A stretch of 64,000 nt of DNA from a virus. Positions 37,773-47,339 of the stretch are shown here, piece by piece; within the stretch, counting starts at the first letter, position 1; each line of letters begins with the position of its first letter. The position numbers were made by a program, and so were the translations under genes. The stretch spans positions 1-64,000 of the IMG/VR virus record IMGVR_UViG_3300032020_001000. One strand, given 5' to 3'. The notes beneath the pieces are model-generated. The model saw only the letters and a list, made by a program, of their open reading frames with translations, ran no database searches and had not been told where the DNA came from.

Positions 37773-38452
37773 GGTGCTGGCCGGAAAATGAAGAACAACT
37801 CGCCGCCCCTATCCTGCCGTGGCTGGAGCAGCAGCACTGGGACGTGTACCAGGAAGTTCAGATCCTAGCCTACGAGAGTGTTGCCGACATCGTGGCAATC
37901 CAGGGGCCCCTCATCTGGGTCATCGAGGTAAAGCGCAGCCTCGGGTTCCGGGTATGCGAGCAGGCGATTCGATGGCAGCAGATAGCCCACCTCGTCTCGG
38001 TGGCGGTGCCGGCCACCGAGCGGGGCGGCCGCGGGCCATTCGTCACCCACATGCTCCATCATATCGGCCTCGGAGTTATCACGGCGCGAGAGCATGGCAG
38101 TCCACACGAGTTGCTGTCGGCGCGTCTGTGTCGGCGCACCGTGCCGGTGCTGACCGCCCGCCTGCGCAAAGCCTGCACCGAGGAGCGCAAGCACTTCGCG
38201 CGGGCCGGCAATGCGGAAGGCTTGCGCTACACGCCTTTTAGCGCCACCTGTCGAGCCGTGCTGGACTATGCGACGAAGCATCCCGGTGCCACCCTCAAGG
38301 AGGTGGTGGAGGGGATTGACCATCACTACCGCAGCGACACGACGGCGCGATCCTGCCTGGCCCAGTGGATTCGGGCTGGCAAGGTGCGCGGAGTAGTGGC
38401 GCGGCACGAGGGCCGGCTAATGCGGGTCTATGTGGCCCAGGAGAACACGTGA
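37769..38452 (+). CDS. PD-(D/E)xK nuclease-like protein
   Basis: VYQEV..VADIVA..VIEVK. Confidence 0.65.
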   Translation: MRCWPENEEQLAAPILPWLEQQHWDVYQEVQILAYESVADIVAIQGPLIWVIEVKRSLGFRVCEQAIRWQQIAHLVSVAVPATERGGRGPFVTHMLHHIGLGVITAREHGSPHELLSARLCRRTVPVLTARLRKACTEERKHFARAGNAEGLRYTPFSATCRAVLDYATKHPGATLKEVVEGIDHHYRSDTTARSCLAQWIRAGKVRGVVARHEGRLMRVYVAQENT

Positions 38453-38654
38453 TCGCTAATGACCAGAGAGTGATGCGTTGCGGCAGCGGCTGGCCAACGG
38501 AAACCGGTAGATGCCTTCTGCGGGAGGGAGACATGTGTCGCAAGTGGCTGAGGATTGGTCGCCGCAGCAGCGATGGCGCGGTCTGCCTGCTGTCTCCAGG
38601 GGAGGTACGGGCGGTGCTGGCCTTCGCCGATGCCTACCGGAAAGGAGCGGACTA

Positions 38655-39137
38655 ATGCTGACCCTGACGCCCCGACAGATGGAGGCGCTGCGTGCTATCC
38701 GCGATCTGACGCGGCGGCGCGGCCCCACCATCCGAGAGCTGGGGAGAGCGCTCGGATTGTTGTCCACATGCACCACCTGGCGGCATGTGGATCGGCTCGT
38801 GGATAAGGGGATGGTGTGCAAAGGGGAGAGGGAGAACCGCGGCATCGAGCTGACGGCAGCAGGGATGGCTGAGCTGAATCCGGCCCCAGCCCCGGCAGTA
38901 GACGGCAACTTGTCGGTAGCAAGTTGCGGCGAGATGACGGCGGTCATGCGGATGCAGCGCTGGGATGGTTGGCGGATCGACCGCCTGGGAGACGTTGCCG
39001 TCAACGGCCCCGGCATCGGGTTTATCCCCGTGTATGCGACCGAGGAAGAGGCGCTGCGCGATTTCCCGGACGGGCCGTTTGCGCGGATGCGCCTGTGCGA
39101 GAGTGATGGCGCGGCAGCAGAGGACTGTGCGGACTGA
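38655..39137 (+). CDS. LexA-type DNA-binding domain protein (no peptidase domain)
   Basis: LTPRQMEAL..PTIRELGRALGL.S..T.WRHVDRLVDKG. Confidence 0.75.
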   Translation: MLTLTPRQMEALRAIRDLTRRRGPTIRELGRALGLLSTCTTWRHVDRLVDKGMVCKGERENRGIELTAAGMAELNPAPAPAVDGNLSVASCGEMTAVMRMQRWDGWRIDRLGDVAVNGPGIGFIPVYATEEEALRDFPDGPFARMRLCESDGAAAEDCAD

Positions 39138-39184
39138 GGGGCGGGGCATTCTCGCCCTAGAAAGTGTTCCTGAGGGAGGGAGAC

Positions 39185-39862
39185 ATGCCGAAAAGAAAGG
39201 CAGCAAAAGGCGAGGTGGATGCGCGGGCATGGGCCTTACCGCAGAACTTCGTGCTCCACCGCAACCCGCGCAAGACATTGCGGGTGCGGATTATCGGCAA
39301 AGGGCCGCTCCTGGAGCAGAACCCGGCGCGAATGCGGGATGCGCATATCAAAACGAAAGAGCAGACGGGGCAGACCAAGAAGCGCCAGGCTTGGGATGCT
39401 GAGGCCGAATGCAAGGCCCATGTCCACCGACTGATGGATGGACGGCCGGGCGTACCCTGCATTGCGCTCAAGAAGGCGATGGCCGCGACTGTTAGCGGGA
39501 AGGGCCAAGAGTGGTATGGGCGCCGAAAGGAACTCTACAGCGCCTTCTGGATTCGGGGCGAAGCCAATCAGGAGCAGGGCGGCATGGAATTGTTGCCCAT
39601 TATCTCGCCCAACGGTGACTACGTGGTGGATCGTTCCTGGGTGCGCAACAGTGGCATCGGCCGCCCCATTGACGTGCGAGCCAGGCCGCGATGGGACAAG
39701 TGGGCGCTCGACGTAGAGATCGAGTTCAAGACTAGCGCCGGACTGACGGAGCAGACCCTGCTCGATATGCTCGATGAGGCTGGAGACCGGGGGATCGTCT
39801 CCCGCCGGCAGGAGAACAGCGGAGAGAACTATGGCACCTTCGAGGTGGCGGTGGAGGCATAA
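39185..39862 (+). CDS. Stand-alone phage RAMP/Cas7-like protein (candidate guide-RNA-binding effector)
   Basis: N-terminal strand VRIIGKGPLL, PCIALKKAM helix, RARPRWDKWALDVEIEF and C-terminal AG..GI..RR...G.NYGTFEV glycine-loop-like end. Confidence 0.65.
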   Translation: MPKRKAAKGEVDARAWALPQNFVLHRNPRKTLRVRIIGKGPLLEQNPARMRDAHIKTKEQTGQTKKRQAWDAEAECKAHVHRLMDGRPGVPCIALKKAMAATVSGKGQEWYGRRKELYSAFWIRGEANQEQGGMELLPIISPNGDYVVDRSWVRNSGIGRPIDVRARPRWDKWALDVEIEFKTSAGLTEQTLLDMLDEAGDRGIVSRRQENSGENYGTFEVAVEA

Positions 39863-39867
39863 ACAGC

Positions 39868-40392
39868 ATGGTCAGGGAGAGCGGGGCGCAACTCGAAATC
39901 GGGGTTCGGCCAGGCTTCCATCTCAGCCAGGAGCAGGCCGAGCGATATGGGGCGCGGCTCTACGAACTGATCCGGACGAAGCGCGGCATTCCCATCTCCG
40001 CCCGTGAGATCGTCGAAGCTGCCCGTTCATCGAGATCGGCGCTCCATGACTGGTTCACTTGGGACGACGGCGAGGCCGCCGAGCGTTGGCGCGAGGAGCA
40101 GGCCCGCAACTTGGCGCGGGCCATCCAGATCAACATCGTGGTCGAAGGCGGTGGCCCGCCTGTACCCGTGCGCGCCTTTGTCTATGTTGAGGACCGCGAT
40201 GCCGAGGGCGAGCAGGCAGGCTATGTGCCACTGGCGGAGGCGCTCGGCGATGAGGCCCGGTATGCCTATATCCTGGAGCGCGCATACCGGGAATATCGGG
40301 CACTTGCAATGAAACATCGGCACCTCAAGGAACTCAGCCGACTCTTCCCGGCGCGGGAGATGGCGCGTTGGGATAAGCGGTTTCGAGGATAA
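39868..40392 (+). CDS. Phage protein between the RAMP-like gene and the array
   Basis: EIVEAAR..SALHDWFTWDDGEAAERWREEQARNL..VRAFV; starts 5 nt after the RAMP-like stop. Confidence 0.7.
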   Translation: MVRESGAQLEIGVRPGFHLSQEQAERYGARLYELIRTKRGIPISAREIVEAARSSRSALHDWFTWDDGEAAERWREEQARNLARAIQINIVVEGGGPPVPVRAFVYVEDRDAEGEQAGYVPLAEALGDEARYAYILERAYREYRALAMKHRHLKELSRLFPAREMARWDKRFRG

Positions 40393-40394
40393 GA

Positions 40395-40668
40395 TGCAGG
40401 AGAGCATGAGGCCAGGTGGAGCTGGGCCGGGCGCAGTCCGGCATGGCACGGTAGGGTTCCAAATTGCACGAGAGTATGCAGTTAGGCTGGGCGAGGCCAG
40501 GACTGGCACAGCCCAGTGCGGCAAGGTTCTGAATTGCAGGAGAGCATAGGGAGCGGCGTGGCCGGGCGGGGACTGATACGGCATGGATCAGTGAGCTAAG
40601 GTTTCCGAATTCCAGGAGAGCATGAGGCTTGGCTTGGCACGGCGAGGCAAGGCGAGGTCGAGTAAGGA
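40395..40668 (+). ncRNA. Array of four ~70-nt units made of NN-GGY pentamers (candidate guide-RNA array)
   Basis: Head TGCAGGAGAGCAT (and variants) at 40395, 40465, 40535 and 40611; then 10, 10, 11 and 9 in-register pentamers; 33 of 40 triplets are RGY. Confidence 0.8.
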
Positions 40669-40675
40669 TTGCCGC

Positions 40676-41167
40676 ATGAGAATCATGGGTATTGACCTCG
40701 GCAATCCGGGCGCGCTGGCCATCCTGAGCGATGATCAGCCCGGCAAGCCGCGGGTCGTGGCAACCGCCTCCTGGGGGCACACGACCGGCCTGCACCTCCA
40801 GGAGATGATCCTTGCCCTGGGACGCGAGCACGGCGTGGAGCTGGTGGCGACCGAGCGACCAGGGAGCTGGGGCAGGCGATCGGTGGGAATGTCGCAGCGG
40901 GGCAAGCAGGAGGTGGTGCGGGCGGCCTGCCAGGCGCTGCGAGTACACCTTGTGGATTACCAACCACGGACGATCCGGGCGGCGCTCGGAGTCAGGGCTC
41001 AGGCCGCGGAGGGGAAACGGCAGGTCGGGCGCTGTGTTAAACTGCTGGTCAAGATTGACAGCGACAATGAGCATGTGCTCGACGCCTGCGCTCTGGCCCT
41101 GGTAGCGCTGAACCGGGAGGGGTCGCGGCGGAGGATGCTCGCCGCAAAGGTACGGAGCCAATTATGA
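40676..41167 (+). CDS. RuvC-like Holliday junction resolvase
   Basis: MRIMGIDLG, VATERP and NEHVLDACALA. Confidence 0.75.
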   Translation: MRIMGIDLGNPGALAILSDDQPGKPRVVATASWGHTTGLHLQEMILALGREHGVELVATERPGSWGRRSVGMSQRGKQEVVRAACQALRVHLVDYQPRTIRAALGVRAQAAEGKRQVGRCVKLLVKIDSDNEHVLDACALALVALNREGSRRRMLAAKVRSQL

Positions 41168-42054
41168 TCGATCCATCCTCGATGCGACTGTGGCTGCCGC
41201 ACGTTGAGCGGCTGGGGATTCCAAGTCCGCGCACGATTCTCGTGGTGGAGCCGGAGCCCGGATTCCTGGATCGCCTTCTCTTGGCGGCAATCGATGCAGT
41301 GGAGGGCGGCGGCGAACCTCTGGATGCCCGGGCCGCAGAGTTCGTGGGCGACGTTACGAAGGCTGTGGATGGCGTGGGCTATCCAGCATTCCTACGCACG
41401 GACCTCTGCAGCGGGAAGCATCAGTGGAGGGACACCTGCTTCGTCGCGGCGCCAGGGCACGTCTACTCGCATGTGCTGGCCCTGATTGAGTTCGGGATGA
41501 ACGCTGATATGCTGGGGCTGCAGCATACAGCGATCGCCGCGCGCCAGTACCTCTACCTTGACGCCCCATTCGCCGCCTACCGCGGGTTACCGATTGCGGC
41601 GGAGCGCCGATATTTCGTGCGCGAGGGCCGGGTGCTGTGTCACCATCCATACTGGGAACGCGAGGCAGTGGCGGCAGGCTATCCGTGGTGCGCCGAATGG
41701 GAACGGCACCTGGAGCGTCTCAACCGGGAGGAGGACGACGAGGTTGCCACGCTCACCGGATTCGCGGCGGCAGTAGGGGGAGCGCTTGGCGGCTTCTGGA
41801 GCATCGACTTCGCGCGCGATGCGGGGGGCAAGTGGTGGTTGATCGATATGGCGGTGGGCGGAGAGTCCTGGCATCCCAGAGGCCCATGTCCAGAGGTTAC
41901 AGTATGCGCCATATGCAGCGGCGTCATCGACGAGGAATATCCATCGAGGCACGCAGGATGCGCGGCCGCTGGCCGACGACCGAAGGCCGCTGCTGCTGAT
42001 GATGCTGATGATGATGCTGATGATGATGCTGATGATACGGAGCCGCGCAAGTGA
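41164..42054 (+). CDS. ATP-grasp-like protein
   Basis: GYPAFLRTDLCSGKH, ERRYFV and WSIDFA..WWLIDMA; acidic GCTGATGAT repeat tail. Confidence 0.55.
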   Translation: MIDPSSMRLWLPHVERLGIPSPRTILVVEPEPGFLDRLLLAAIDAVEGGGEPLDARAAEFVGDVTKAVDGVGYPAFLRTDLCSGKHQWRDTCFVAAPGHVYSHVLALIEFGMNADMLGLQHTAIAARQYLYLDAPFAAYRGLPIAAERRYFVREGRVLCHHPYWEREAVAAGYPWCAEWERHLERLNREEDDEVATLTGFAAAVGGALGGFWSIDFARDAGGKWWLIDMAVGGESWHPRGPCPEVTVCAICSGVIDEEYPSRHAGCAAAGRRPKAAAADDADDDADDDADDTEPRK

Positions 42055-42287
42055 CGGTGGCCACGGACGGAGTGCACCTGGTGGCAGACGACCTGGACGA
42101 GCTGCACGCTTTCGCCCGGCGCGTGGGATTGCGGCGCGAATGGTTCCAGGATGGGCCGCGCCCGCACTACGATCTGACAACGCATCGGGCGCTCGAGCGG
42201 GCGCTGCATGCGGGCGCGAAGCGCGTGTCGCGGCGAGCCGCTGTGAGGCTCGCGAGGGAGGCGGCTGATGCCCTGGCGCGGATTTGA
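42051..42287 (+). CDS. DUF4031-like protein
   Basis: HLVADDLDELHAFARRVGLRREWFQ..PHYDLT. Confidence 0.8.
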   Translation: MTVATDGVHLVADDLDELHAFARRVGLRREWFQDGPRPHYDLTTHRALERALHAGAKRVSRRAAVRLAREAADALARI

Positions 42288-43329
42288 GGCCCTGCCCCCA
42301 TACTTTGGCGGGAAGCGAAAGCTCTGCCCGCGCATCTTCCGTGAGATCTCGCGGGCGCTGCCGCAAGGGCGGTGGGGTTCGGCGCGCCTGGTGGACCCTT
42401 TCCTGGGCGGCGGCGCCGTGGGACTGTATGCGAAGGCGAGGGGCTTCGCCGTGCAGTGCTCGGATATCGCCGAGCGCAGCGCGCTGATCGGGCGCGCGCT
42501 CATCGCCAACGATTCGGTGAGGATCGAGCACGAGGATATTGCGCGTCTGTTCGTGCCGCAGGATGATGCTGGCGACCATATGCAGACGCATGCCGCGCCC
42601 GACAACATGACGCCCGAGGCGGCGCGGTTCCTCGACAACGCATGGACGGCGGCGGCGCGATTCGCGGACGATACAAAGCGCGCCTTGGCCCGCCTGCTGC
42701 TGGTGAAGTATCTATTCTCGCTGCGGCCGATGGCGCAGTTCTCCAGCCCGAATGCTTTCAACCGGCCGTTCGTCGAGGGCCGGTTCGATGATATCAAGGC
42801 GATCTACAAGGATGCAATAGCGGCGAATGCCGCGCACCCATCCGTAGCGCTCGAGCGCCTGCGCGGCAGGATCAACGCTGCGGTGTTCCGGGGAGCACAG
42901 GCATGCTCGGTGTGGCAGGGCGATGCACGCGAGGCCGTGGCGATGGCGCCGGGCGCTGTCGCAGGACAGCGCGGCGCGGACGCGCTCTACCTCGATCCGC
43001 CATACGCCGGCACGCTCTCCTACGAGAAGGAGTACTCCTTGCTGGATCACTGGCTCGGAGACACGCTGGAGCCGAGTCCCTACTCGACCGATCGTGGCCT
43101 GGCGGAGTTCGGGCAGTTCCTGGGCGCCTGCGAGAGCCACCGGCTGTGGGTGATTTCCTATGGCAATGCCGTGGCATCGCTCGAGCAGGTGCGGGCAGTG
43201 ATCGAGCGGTACCGGCCCACGCGCGCCGTCGAACTGGCGTATGCGCATCTGGGTGCCGTGGCCACGGCGGAGAAAAGCGCACGCAATCGAGAGTTCATAA
43301 TCCTGGCGGGAGAAGGAGTGGAGGCATGA
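42268..43329 (+). CDS. D12-class DNA adenine methyltransferase
   Basis: PYFGGKRKL, DPFLGGGAV and YLDPPY. Confidence 0.85.
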   Translation: MPWRGFEALPPYFGGKRKLCPRIFREISRALPQGRWGSARLVDPFLGGGAVGLYAKARGFAVQCSDIAERSALIGRALIANDSVRIEHEDIARLFVPQDDAGDHMQTHAAPDNMTPEAARFLDNAWTAAARFADDTKRALARLLLVKYLFSLRPMAQFSSPNAFNRPFVEGRFDDIKAIYKDAIAANAAHPSVALERLRGRINAAVFRGAQACSVWQGDAREAVAMAPGAVAGQRGADALYLDPPYAGTLSYEKEYSLLDHWLGDTLEPSPYSTDRGLAEFGQFLGACESHRLWVISYGNAVASLEQVRAVIERYRPTRAVELAYAHLGAVATAEKSARNREFIILAGEGVEA

Positions 43330-44480
43330 TCAGTGGAGGCATGATCAATTGGCATGCGGTGCTGGCGCTGGGACCGCAGGACCGGCCCGAACTGCTGACG
43401 TTTCAGGGGCGGCCCATTGTGTATAATCCGGCGAGCGCGGAGGACAGCGAGATCATGGGTCCCTTGCTCGACCGCGGCCTGGTGTGGGTGGGAGAAAGTA
43501 TCATCGGCATCCGGGCGAGCGAATGGGCGCGACGCGACCGGCATGCAGGGGATGCCGCGCCCGAGCCGATCGATAGGCGCGGTGAATACCTGGCGGAGGC
43601 GGAGGTTCGCGCAGAGGCAGCCGTGAAGCGGGCGATAGACCAGCGGTATGATCAGCGGCCGCTCTCATGGTACGCGGCAGCGCGGCCGCTTCCCGCCGAT
43701 CCGTTCCGGGCGCTATCGCTCTTCCAGTTCGAGGGCCGCCCCATATTGTTTGCCGACAGTCATGTGCGCGAGCAGGAGATGCTCGCGCAGCTGCAGGGAG
43801 GATGGACGCCCATCCGCTGGGGCTATTTCCCCCTGGCTCTGCCCGGGACCCAGTGGGATACGCTGGTGCGGGGCGGCGGCGTATCCTGGTCACGGAGGCG
43901 CGAGGATGGATGAGATCGAGCAGATCGCACAGCTGGTGGGGGAACTGGAGGCTGCGCTGGCGATCGAGCAGGAGGCGGGCTGCGACCTGGCGCGATGGGG
44001 CGAATGGTCGCACCACTGGAATCGCCGGCGCCAGGCGCTGCTCAATGCCGTATTGGAGTGCCGCGACACGAGCCTGCCGCATCGCCGGGCGCTCCTGGCC
44101 TGTGTGCACCTATTTGACGCCTGGCAGCGCATTCACTACAGGATCACCCAGCACAAGCCCCCAGATGTGCTTGGCCTCGAGGAGGTCAAGCGGCGGCTGC
44201 GGGAAGCGGCGGAGGCAAAAGCGAGGAGTATATGAGGATGACCAATTTCTTTTGCCCAAAGTGCAAGGAGGCATTTTCGGACGAGAACAAGGCGAAATCG
44301 CATCGGTGTGATATTGCGAGGTTATGTACCCTCGACCTAGCGCCCTTTACCGAAAGACAAATGCAGATGGATGGACGTCAGCGGCGCGGAGCAGTCGAGC
44401 TTGCATTTTGGCGAGGGCATCAAGCGGGCCAGGAAGATGAGGCGCGGCGCCATCGGAAATCGGCCCGCAAGCCGCGGTGA
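43326..44480 (+). CDS. Three hypothetical genes (43326-43913, 43906-44235, 44232-44480)
   Basis: Overlapping stop/start coupling with RBSs. Confidence 0.55.
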
Positions 44481-44718
44481 ATGTGGGGCGGCGGTACGCT
44501 GACGAGCTTACGCGAGGGAGGCCACCCGAACGGGCGACATCCCTACTGGGGACGCCAGACTCTGAGGCGTGGAGTGGAGTGGCCGCACGGCATACTGGCA
44601 CCGAACCTTGCCCGCCGCCCCCGCGGATGACTGATCCCGCCAGGCAGACCGGGCTTGACTGCGGTCGAGATATGAGCAATGAATGACAACCGGGAACAGG
44701 ACGACTAGAGGAGGAGCG

Positions 44719-45660
44719 ATGTTCATGAAGTGGAGAGCAATCTATTCGCATGCCGCCGATCTCGACGGCCTGGTGGCCGGGCTGCACCTCGAGTTCCTGA
44801 CCGGGGCGCCGCTGCACTTCCTCGATTATGGGCAGGAGGACCGGATTGCCGCGGCCCCCTGCATCATCGCCGACCTCAACCTGGCGAACGACCACCCGGC
44901 CCTCGCCGATGAACGCAACCTCATCATCGACCACCACGCCGACCGGCGCGGCCCGGTCAAGGCGGAAGTTATTTACCGCGAGGGCGAGTGTGCGGCATTG
45001 ATGGTCGTCAATGCCGGCGGGAAACTTGGGCGGCGCGACCGCGGCGCGCTACACCCCTACTCGGCGCGCGCTATGTTGGCCTGGGCGAAGCTGGCGCAGG
45101 CCGCGGACTACATGCTCACCGACGCGAAGGATTATCGCTATGCGCGTGACCTAACCAGTTTCATGCGCATCGTGGGCGTCGAGACGGCGCGCACCTATCT
45201 GCAGGGCGGCAGTAATGGACTGACGATGTGGCCGTACAATCCGACGCTGGCACATGTGCGTTGCGCTGCGGCGATTGCCGGTGCGGTTAATGCGCGCGAG
45301 CGCGAGCGGGGCAGGGCGGCAGCGCAGCAGAGCCTGAGCGTCTATAGAGTCGGCAGCCTGGGCGAAATGGGCGAGCCGGATGTGGTAGTCGAGTGCATGA
45401 TGGGTGTGCTTCCCTGCGGCAGCGTCTCGGAGATCGCGGGCGACTTGAGCGAGCGCCTCGGCAAGCCGGTGGCGCTTGTGCTGTTGGGGACAGCGGGCAA
45501 CGAGGCGGGCACAATTCAGGTGGGCATCCGGGGAGAGGGAGCGCGAGAGATCGCACAGCGCTTCGGTGGCGGCGGGCATCCGACAGCGGCGGGCTGGACG
45601 GTGAAGTGGCGGGACGTGGGGAGCGCGATCACAGCGGCAGCGACAGAGCGGGAGGCATGA
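44719..45660 (+). CDS. DHH-family phosphoesterase
   Basis: HAADLDG, IADL, IIDHH and GGGGHPTAAG. Confidence 0.8.
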   Translation: MFMKWRAIYSHAADLDGLVAGLHLEFLTGAPLHFLDYGQEDRIAAAPCIIADLNLANDHPALADERNLIIDHHADRRGPVKAEVIYREGECAALMVVNAGGKLGRRDRGALHPYSARAMLAWAKLAQAADYMLTDAKDYRYARDLTSFMRIVGVETARTYLQGGSNGLTMWPYNPTLAHVRCAAAIAGAVNARERERGRAAAQQSLSVYRVGSLGEMGEPDVVVECMMGVLPCGSVSEIAGDLSERLGKPVALVLLGTAGNEAGTIQVGIRGEGAREIAQRFGGGGHPTAAGWTVKWRDVGSAITAAATEREA

Positions 45661-45702
45661 GGAAAAGGCGAAGGGGGAGCAACCAGGCCCGGGAGGCCAA
45701 CG

Positions 45703-45987
45703 ATGGGGACATTGATCGTCAAGCAGCCTAACGGCAAACTCGCGCTGTTCTCGACCGTCGTGGATCAGTTCGTGCTGATGGATGCCAGCCGTGAGGATGT
45801 GGTCGCAAAGTTCAGCCGGGATGCCATCACGCGAGTCCAGAAGCGAGTGGCGCAAGCGATGCTGGACCCGCTTGGCGAAGTGAGTTGGGAGCAGGCATTG
45901 GGTGACATCGAGGTCCGGCATGGCAGGCGCGCGGCGGAAAAGGAGCGGCGCCACGGCATGATGCCGGTTTCCGAGGGCAGCCGATGA
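45703..45987 (+). CDS. Hypothetical protein
   Basis: GGAGG RBS; IVKQPNGKLALFSTVVD. Confidence 0.6.
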   Translation: MGTLIVKQPNGKLALFSTVVDQFVLMDASREDVVAKFSRDAITRVQKRVAQAMLDPLGEVSWEQALGDIEVRHGRRAAEKERRHGMMPVSEGSR

Positions 45988-46475
45988 CCAAGCATCTACG
46001 CTATGCCTGGTATGTGCTGCGGCACAAGTGGTTCGTGCTCATCGAGTGCTGCCGGCGGGGGATGTGGTGGCGGGCCTTCACGCATGATCTCTCCAAGTTC
46101 TCTGCCGCCGAGTGGTTCCCCTATGCCGAGCACTTCTACGGCCAGCCGCGCGCCGAGCAGCGGGATGCCACCGGGTACTACAAGCCGTACGACACCGGCG
46201 ATCTCGCGTTCGACCGCGCGTGGCTGCACCATCAACATGCGAATGACCATCACTGGCAGTGGTGGATATTGCCCTGCGACGAGGAGGGGACGCGGGTGTT
46301 GGAGATGAGTGAGGGCGCCCGTCTGGAGATGCTATGCGACTGGATCGGCGCCGGCCGCGCGCAGGGCACCCTGGATATCTGCGCCTGGTATGAGAAGAAC
46401 CGGCAGAAGATGCAACTGCACCCACAGACTCGACTGTGGTTGGAGCAACAAATGCGCCAGAACGGGGGAAGATGA
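45984..46475 (+). CDS. HD-like DUF5662-type protein
   Basis: RHKWFV, HDLSKFS, HHQHANDHHWQWW and EMLCDWIGAG. Confidence 0.75.
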   Translation: MTKHLRYAWYVLRHKWFVLIECCRRGMWWRAFTHDLSKFSAAEWFPYAEHFYGQPRAEQRDATGYYKPYDTGDLAFDRAWLHHQHANDHHWQWWILPCDEEGTRVLEMSEGARLEMLCDWIGAGRAQGTLDICAWYEKNRQKMQLHPQTRLWLEQQMRQNGGR

Positions 46476-46616
46476 GAGCGAGGAAAAGGAGAGGGGGCCC
46501 CTACCCATTCATCGAGCGCGGTACGCCGCCGGCATCGCCGCGGCTGCTGGTTCTCCCGCAAGATGCCCTGACGATACCGTGACGAAATAGCGTGACGCAC
46601 TCAGCGAGGCTAAGCC

Positions 46617-47339
46617 ATGCAGATGATCCCGCGCAACCGCATCCGTGAGAACCCCTGGAACCCCAATGCCTTCGACCCCGAGAACTATGCGAAGCTGGTC
46701 GAAAGCATCCGGGAGAAGGGCTTCCTCGAGCCGCTGAAGGTGATGATCGATCCCGCCTCCGCAATGGCGCGGGGCGGCGATGGCAATCTGGACGACGTCG
46801 AGTACCTGCTCATCGATGGTTACCATCGCTGGATGGCGGCCGGAGACCTCGGCATCGATGGAGTGCCCTGCGATGTGTGGGACATCACCATCGAGGAGGC
46901 CAAGATCCGCGGCCTGCAGTTGAACTATCTGCGCGGGCAGCCGGTGCCGCAGCGCCTGGCGGGGCTCGTGCACGAGCTCAATGCGGCATACTCGATGGAG
47001 GACCTCGCTGGCATGCTGCCGTGGTCGGTGTCGGAGCTCGAGGACTCGATGGAGCTGCTGCGGTTGCCGGCGGACCTCGAGAGGCAGATGCGCGCCGCCG
47101 CCGCGGCGCAAGAAGCAGTGGCGCCGGTGCCGGTGACCGTGGTGCTGCTGGGCGCGGAGCACGAGACATTCCAACGGGCGATGGCGGCGGCGAAGGCGGC
47201 GCTGGGCCGGAGCGCCCGGCGCGGGCAATGCCTGGCCGAGATCTGCGGGCGCTACCTAGAGGCGGCGGGACTGAGCGACTTTGAGGGGCCGCCTGCGCAG
47301 GCCGAGGCAGAGGAGGACGCGGCACATGCGCCAGGATGA
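46617..47339 (+). CDS. ParB/Srx N-terminal domain protein
   Basis: NPWNPN, LVESIREKGFLEPL and LIDGYHRW. Confidence 0.8.
   Translation: MQMIPRNRIRENPWNPNAFDPENYAKLVESIREKGFLEPLKVMIDPASAMARGGDGNLDDVEYLLIDGYHRWMAAGDLGIDGVPCDVWDITIEEAKIRGLQLNYLRGQPVPQRLAGLVHELNAAYSMEDLAGMLPWSVSELEDSMELLRLPADLERQMRAAAAAQEAVAPVPVTVVLLGAEHETFQRAMAAAKAALGRSARRGQCLAEICGRYLEAAGLSDFEGPPAQAEAEEDAAHAPG

Noticed and set aside
40395-40668. The pentamer array as a conventional CRISPR array or simple microsatellite
   Set aside because: The constant part is only about 20 nt and the supposed spacers have a fixed internal 5-nt period; the dinucleotides are too variable for a slippage repeat.
40622-40675. Upstream ATG extending the resolvase ORF (MRLGLARRGKAR...)
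   Set aside because: This is unit 4 of the pentamer array read in frame; the resolvase motif begins at 40676.
41989-42036. GCTGATGAT(GAT) tandem repeat
   Set aside because: In-frame Ala/Asp-rich tail of a protein; an ordinary coding microsatellite.
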